Below, piece by piece: positions 61,179-64,000 of a stretch of 64,000 nt of DNA. Made by a program: the position numbers and the translations under genes. The stretch's first letter is position 1. The number at the start of each line of letters is the position of its first letter. Under the pieces are notes generated by a model. That model was not told the origin of the DNA, did no database searches, and saw only the letters and a program-made list of their open reading frames with translations. The stretch is from Paraspadella gotoi (Eukaryota; Animalia; Chaetognatha). The stretch lies in NCBI GenBank assembly GCA_051294375.1, contig CM119264.1, forward strand, positions 18,503,354-18,567,353. Reading direction: 5' to 3'.

Positions 61179-62836
61179 CTTTTTATTTCTCACTATTATT
61201 TTTTTTTTCATTAAACCAGGAATTTAACTGTAGAGAGGATGGAAAATGGCATCCTGCAATTAGCAACTTTCCACGATGTGATCGGATAACGTCTACAACC
61301 ACGACAACGACGACAAGGCCCCCAACGCCCCCAACGCCGTCGACCCCGACTCCTCCAAAGTCGGACGGCTATTGCGCCACGTGGTGTGGCGCCAATTACC
61401 GCACTTTCGACGCGAAACGCTACAGCTTCAACGGGAAATGTCGCTATGTTTTGGCCAAGGACTGCGTCGACGAATCTTTCGAGATTCAAATCGTCAACGA
61501 TCCTCTGTGAGTTCTTGTGGTTGTTGTTATTCTTGTGGTTGTTGTTTCTTCTTTTAGACTTGTTCACTTATTTTCCTTCCACTAGATGCGACGAGGGTTC
61601 CGATTGTCACCGGGCCTTGGTGATCAAGGCCGGCTCAACCACGTTGCACCTTGAATACTCCGAGGGCCTCGTCAGGGTCGCCAACCACATCAGTACCTAC
61701 AGCATTCCTTATATAGACAACAATATGGAGATTCACGAGGTGCGACTTCGCTAAATATTTTTTAATTTACAAATTCATAACCTTGAAAGTCATACATTAT
61801 TTAATAAGCAATCATTAACGACATCAATCAGGTATAGTCAATTTTTTTAACAGGTCGGATCAATGGTCGAAGTATCGGATGATTTAGGATTCCAAATTAT
61901 ATGGGACAAGAAAGAATTTGTATCGATTCAATTGACGAATGAAAACCTCAGGTGAGGGCAGAGATTTTTCTCTCGTAATGACAAAAGAGCCGTGAATTAA
62001 TTTCAACAACTTTTAAAGTAATTTGTTTTGCTTATTTTTTTTCTAATAAAATTATTTCCTTAATTGATGTCCTGCATCAGATCAAAGATGTGCGGACTTT
62101 GCGGCAACTTCGATGGTTTGTCCAGCAACGACTTTAAGACGATGGATGGAGCCGACGCTCCGACCGCCATCGATTACGGCGTCTCTTGCAAAGTTCCTGG
62201 AAATAAAGGTCAGATAGTACAAATAAGAACTTTTAAAGTAAAATATTAAGTGTTTTAGCCAAATTTCGTTTATTTTCTCATTAGATTGTGACGATAAGGC
62301 GGTGGCTTCTTACTGCAACGACGACAAACGTGCACAAGCGAGAAAAGTTTGCGACAATCTTAAAGGCGGAAACTTCACAAGTAAGCCAGTCGTCATTGCT
62401 TCGGGTGATGTTTCTAAAACTTTTTACCTTCTCACTTTTTTTTCCAGAATGCAACGACATTGTCTCCCCTGATAATTTCATGGAGACCTGCATCGAGTCT
62501 CACTGTCACTATGGCGACGACGGGCGAAATCTTTTCGCCGCCTGCTGCGCCTTTGAGGCTTACGTCCGAGAGTGCTCGAGAAAAGGAGGCAAAGTACCCG
62601 ACGAAAGCTCATGGAGAAACGAGGACTTTTGCCGTAAGTAATAAAAGTTTTTTATTAAAAAAAAAAACATGTTCCAATATTTTAGGAAAACTGTTAGTGA
62701 ACTTCTGAATTCACTCCTTTGTTCTCCGCAGCGGGCAAGTGTCCGTCGGGTCAAATCTACGATGACTGCGGATCGAACTGCGTTGCAACTTGCGACAACC
62801 AGAACAGTAAATGCAGCAACACTGAATGCGTTGAAG
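54199..62836 (+). CDS. Hemolectin/hemocytin-like (vWF-related) secreted protein, 5' part; continues beyond window
   Basis: Phase-consistent GT-AG exons: 54199-54293 (signal MALTARSLAVICVCAAVIISSLSQSTEA), 54669-54703, 55314-55541 (Sushi-like), 58697-58821 (EGF), 58977-59193 (Sushi-like), 60794-61020 (EGF CDPPCMNGGVC...CPDGFRGPKCQ), 61220-61506 (Thr/Pro linker, VWD start YRTFD...C.YVL), 61586-61739, 61854-61951, 62081-62208 (MCGLCGNFDG), 62285-62380, 62448-62633 (C8), 62732-62836 (TIL). Confidence 0.88.
56222..56296 (-). repeat. tRNA-derived SINE-like head
   Basis: The minus strand has an A-box-like TGGCGCCGCACGTAGCG and a B-box-like CCCGGGTTCGCGCCC; no convincing cloverleaf. Confidence 0.35.
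57220..58500. mobile_element. Non-autonomous Helitron/Helentron-like (DINE-1-like) element
   Basis: Four to five diverged ~180-bp internal repeats (catttaaactcatttccact...tccatcgaaactt...cactttcctacccacac.caaaattt) and (GGAC)n tracts at ~57748 and 58214-58340. A terminal hairpin AGTCGGGATCTGCT-gata-AGCAGATCCGACT (58466-58496) precedes an A-run. The left boundary is uncertain. Confidence 0.6.
59977..60066 (-). CDS. 29-aa Met/Arg/Gly-rich micropeptide MMGMMGRRRRGGRRRGRRGGGGGGGCGMM, nested antisense in hemolectin intron
   Basis: Minus-strand layout: TATATAAAG (60373-60365); UTR exon ending CAG|gtaagt (60281); intron 60280-60071 ending ctttttatcacag|; aaccATG start; AATAAA at 59804-59799. Paralogous to 52569-52703. 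Confidence 0.72.
   Translation of the reverse strand: MMGMMGRRRRGGRRRGRRGGGGGGGCGMM
60365..60373 (-). promoter_or_regulatory. TATA box of nested micropeptide gene
   Basis: TATATAAAG lies ~85-90 bp upstream of a consensus donor, implying a ~55-60-nt first exon. Confidence 0.55.
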
Positions 62837-63029
62837 GTAGGAGCGAAGTAGATTTCTTAAAGGATGAAATACTTCTTTATTTATTATCGCTGTGAAGAGA
62901 CAGTTATTATTGTTATGTCACTTATGTGTTAGTGACAAAACCGTTCAATATAAGCAGTCTCTGAGTTTCGGATCAGGCTGTAACACCCGTGTTACAGGCG
63001 GGTTAAGCGCCCCGTCCCTCTTATCTGCT

Positions 63030-63104
63030 CGGCGACTACCGGGCTAGAACCAGGACCTTTGGTTGGGAGGGAGGCGAATGACTGGCCTCCAGCACCAATA
63101 GCCT
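63030..63104 (-). repeat. tRNA-derived (possibly Gly-like) SINE head or tRNA pseudogene
   Basis: Minus strand reads GGCTATTGGTGCTGGAGG...ATTCGCCTCCC...GGTCCTGGTTCTAGCCCGG, with A/B-box-like motifs. Confidence 0.35.
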
Positions 63105-64000
63105 CTGATGAACGGTTGGTGGATTTTAGTCCACCATTGCTGTTTAATATTTCAGGTGGTGGTTATAAGAAATTTTTAAGCCCAAAGAATAAGAATATGG
63201 TACAACATGGTACAATATGGTACAACAATTTATGCACTAAGTTATACTTTGTNNNNNNNNNNATTTCAGGTGGTGGTTGTAAGAATTTAAGGGGTGAACT
63301 TAGGCAAAGATTTTTTCTTAAATAGGCTATAGACAATTTTTTGGTTTACCTAGTAGTTAACTGAATAAAAGTAGGCAATTTTTAATTGAGGAAAGGATCT
63401 TTAAAACTAAGATATAACTGATAAACTTATGATCTAATTTGATTTAAAAGGGAAATGTTATCTTTAATAATTTGAAGCCAAATAATATTAAATTAAATAT
63501 TGTAGTCTAATTATATTCTATTGTAGTCTAACCTTGTGTTGTATTTCTATTTCCAGAAGACAACACTGACCTCCCCCTCCCAAAATGAGTTATTAGATAT
63601 AATAAGCAAATAATATTTTTAAAAAGTAATATATTTATAATATTATATATATTATATATATTATATTTATAATATAAAGTATTATATTTATATTGGTTGT
63701 ACCAATTTCATAAAATTCAGCTCCTTGTATTTTGATGCTAGTGCGGAGTACATATAGTATTCCCCGATCTAATACTTAAGGGAGTGGTCTTTTCATACAA
63801 TTGAAACATTCTTTGAAATATTATACCACTTCATTGATAGGGAAGCCAGGTTCACTGGGAATGAATAAACAAATCTGTGAGAGTGACTTGATTAAAAGCT
63901 TGCAGAAACCTGTTATGTTATTATCTTGCAAGTGTGATGGAGGCCTTAAACTAGGGTTATGATAACCGTTAACAGTTAACGGTTATTAACGGTTAAAAAT

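Noticed and set aside
63952-64000. TAGGG...AACCGTTAAC repeats resembling a transposon end
   Set aside because: Truncated by the window edge; the partner TIR cannot be seen.

Overview
This is eukaryotic (invertebrate metazoan, probably protostome or arthropod) genomic DNA from an error-prone long-read assembly, with N gaps, homopolymer indels and abundant (AG)n microsatellites. The first ~36 kb has no confidently identifiable protein gene. It holds three near-tandem duplications that are probably haplotype or overlap artefacts, two MITEs and a few weak orphan exons. The right half is gene-dense: (1) a multi-exon CSRNP/Axud1 transcription-factor gene; (2) a single-pass LRR receptor with a PAN/apple domain inserted inside its LRRNT cap and a GC-AG intron; (3) a tandem pair of small secreted Cys-rich paralogues with a probable discoidin/F5-8C-like fold; (4) the 5' part of a hemolectin/hemocytin-like VWD-C8-TIL gene; (5) two paralogous genes, missed by the ORF track, for 44-aa and 29-aa Met/Arg/Gly-rich micropeptides ending in CaaX-like motifs. 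One micropeptide gene is nested antisense in a hemolectin intron and has a TATA box, a 5'UTR intron and a polyA signal. All gene models were read by eye from splice signals and reading-frame phase; no database searches were run.
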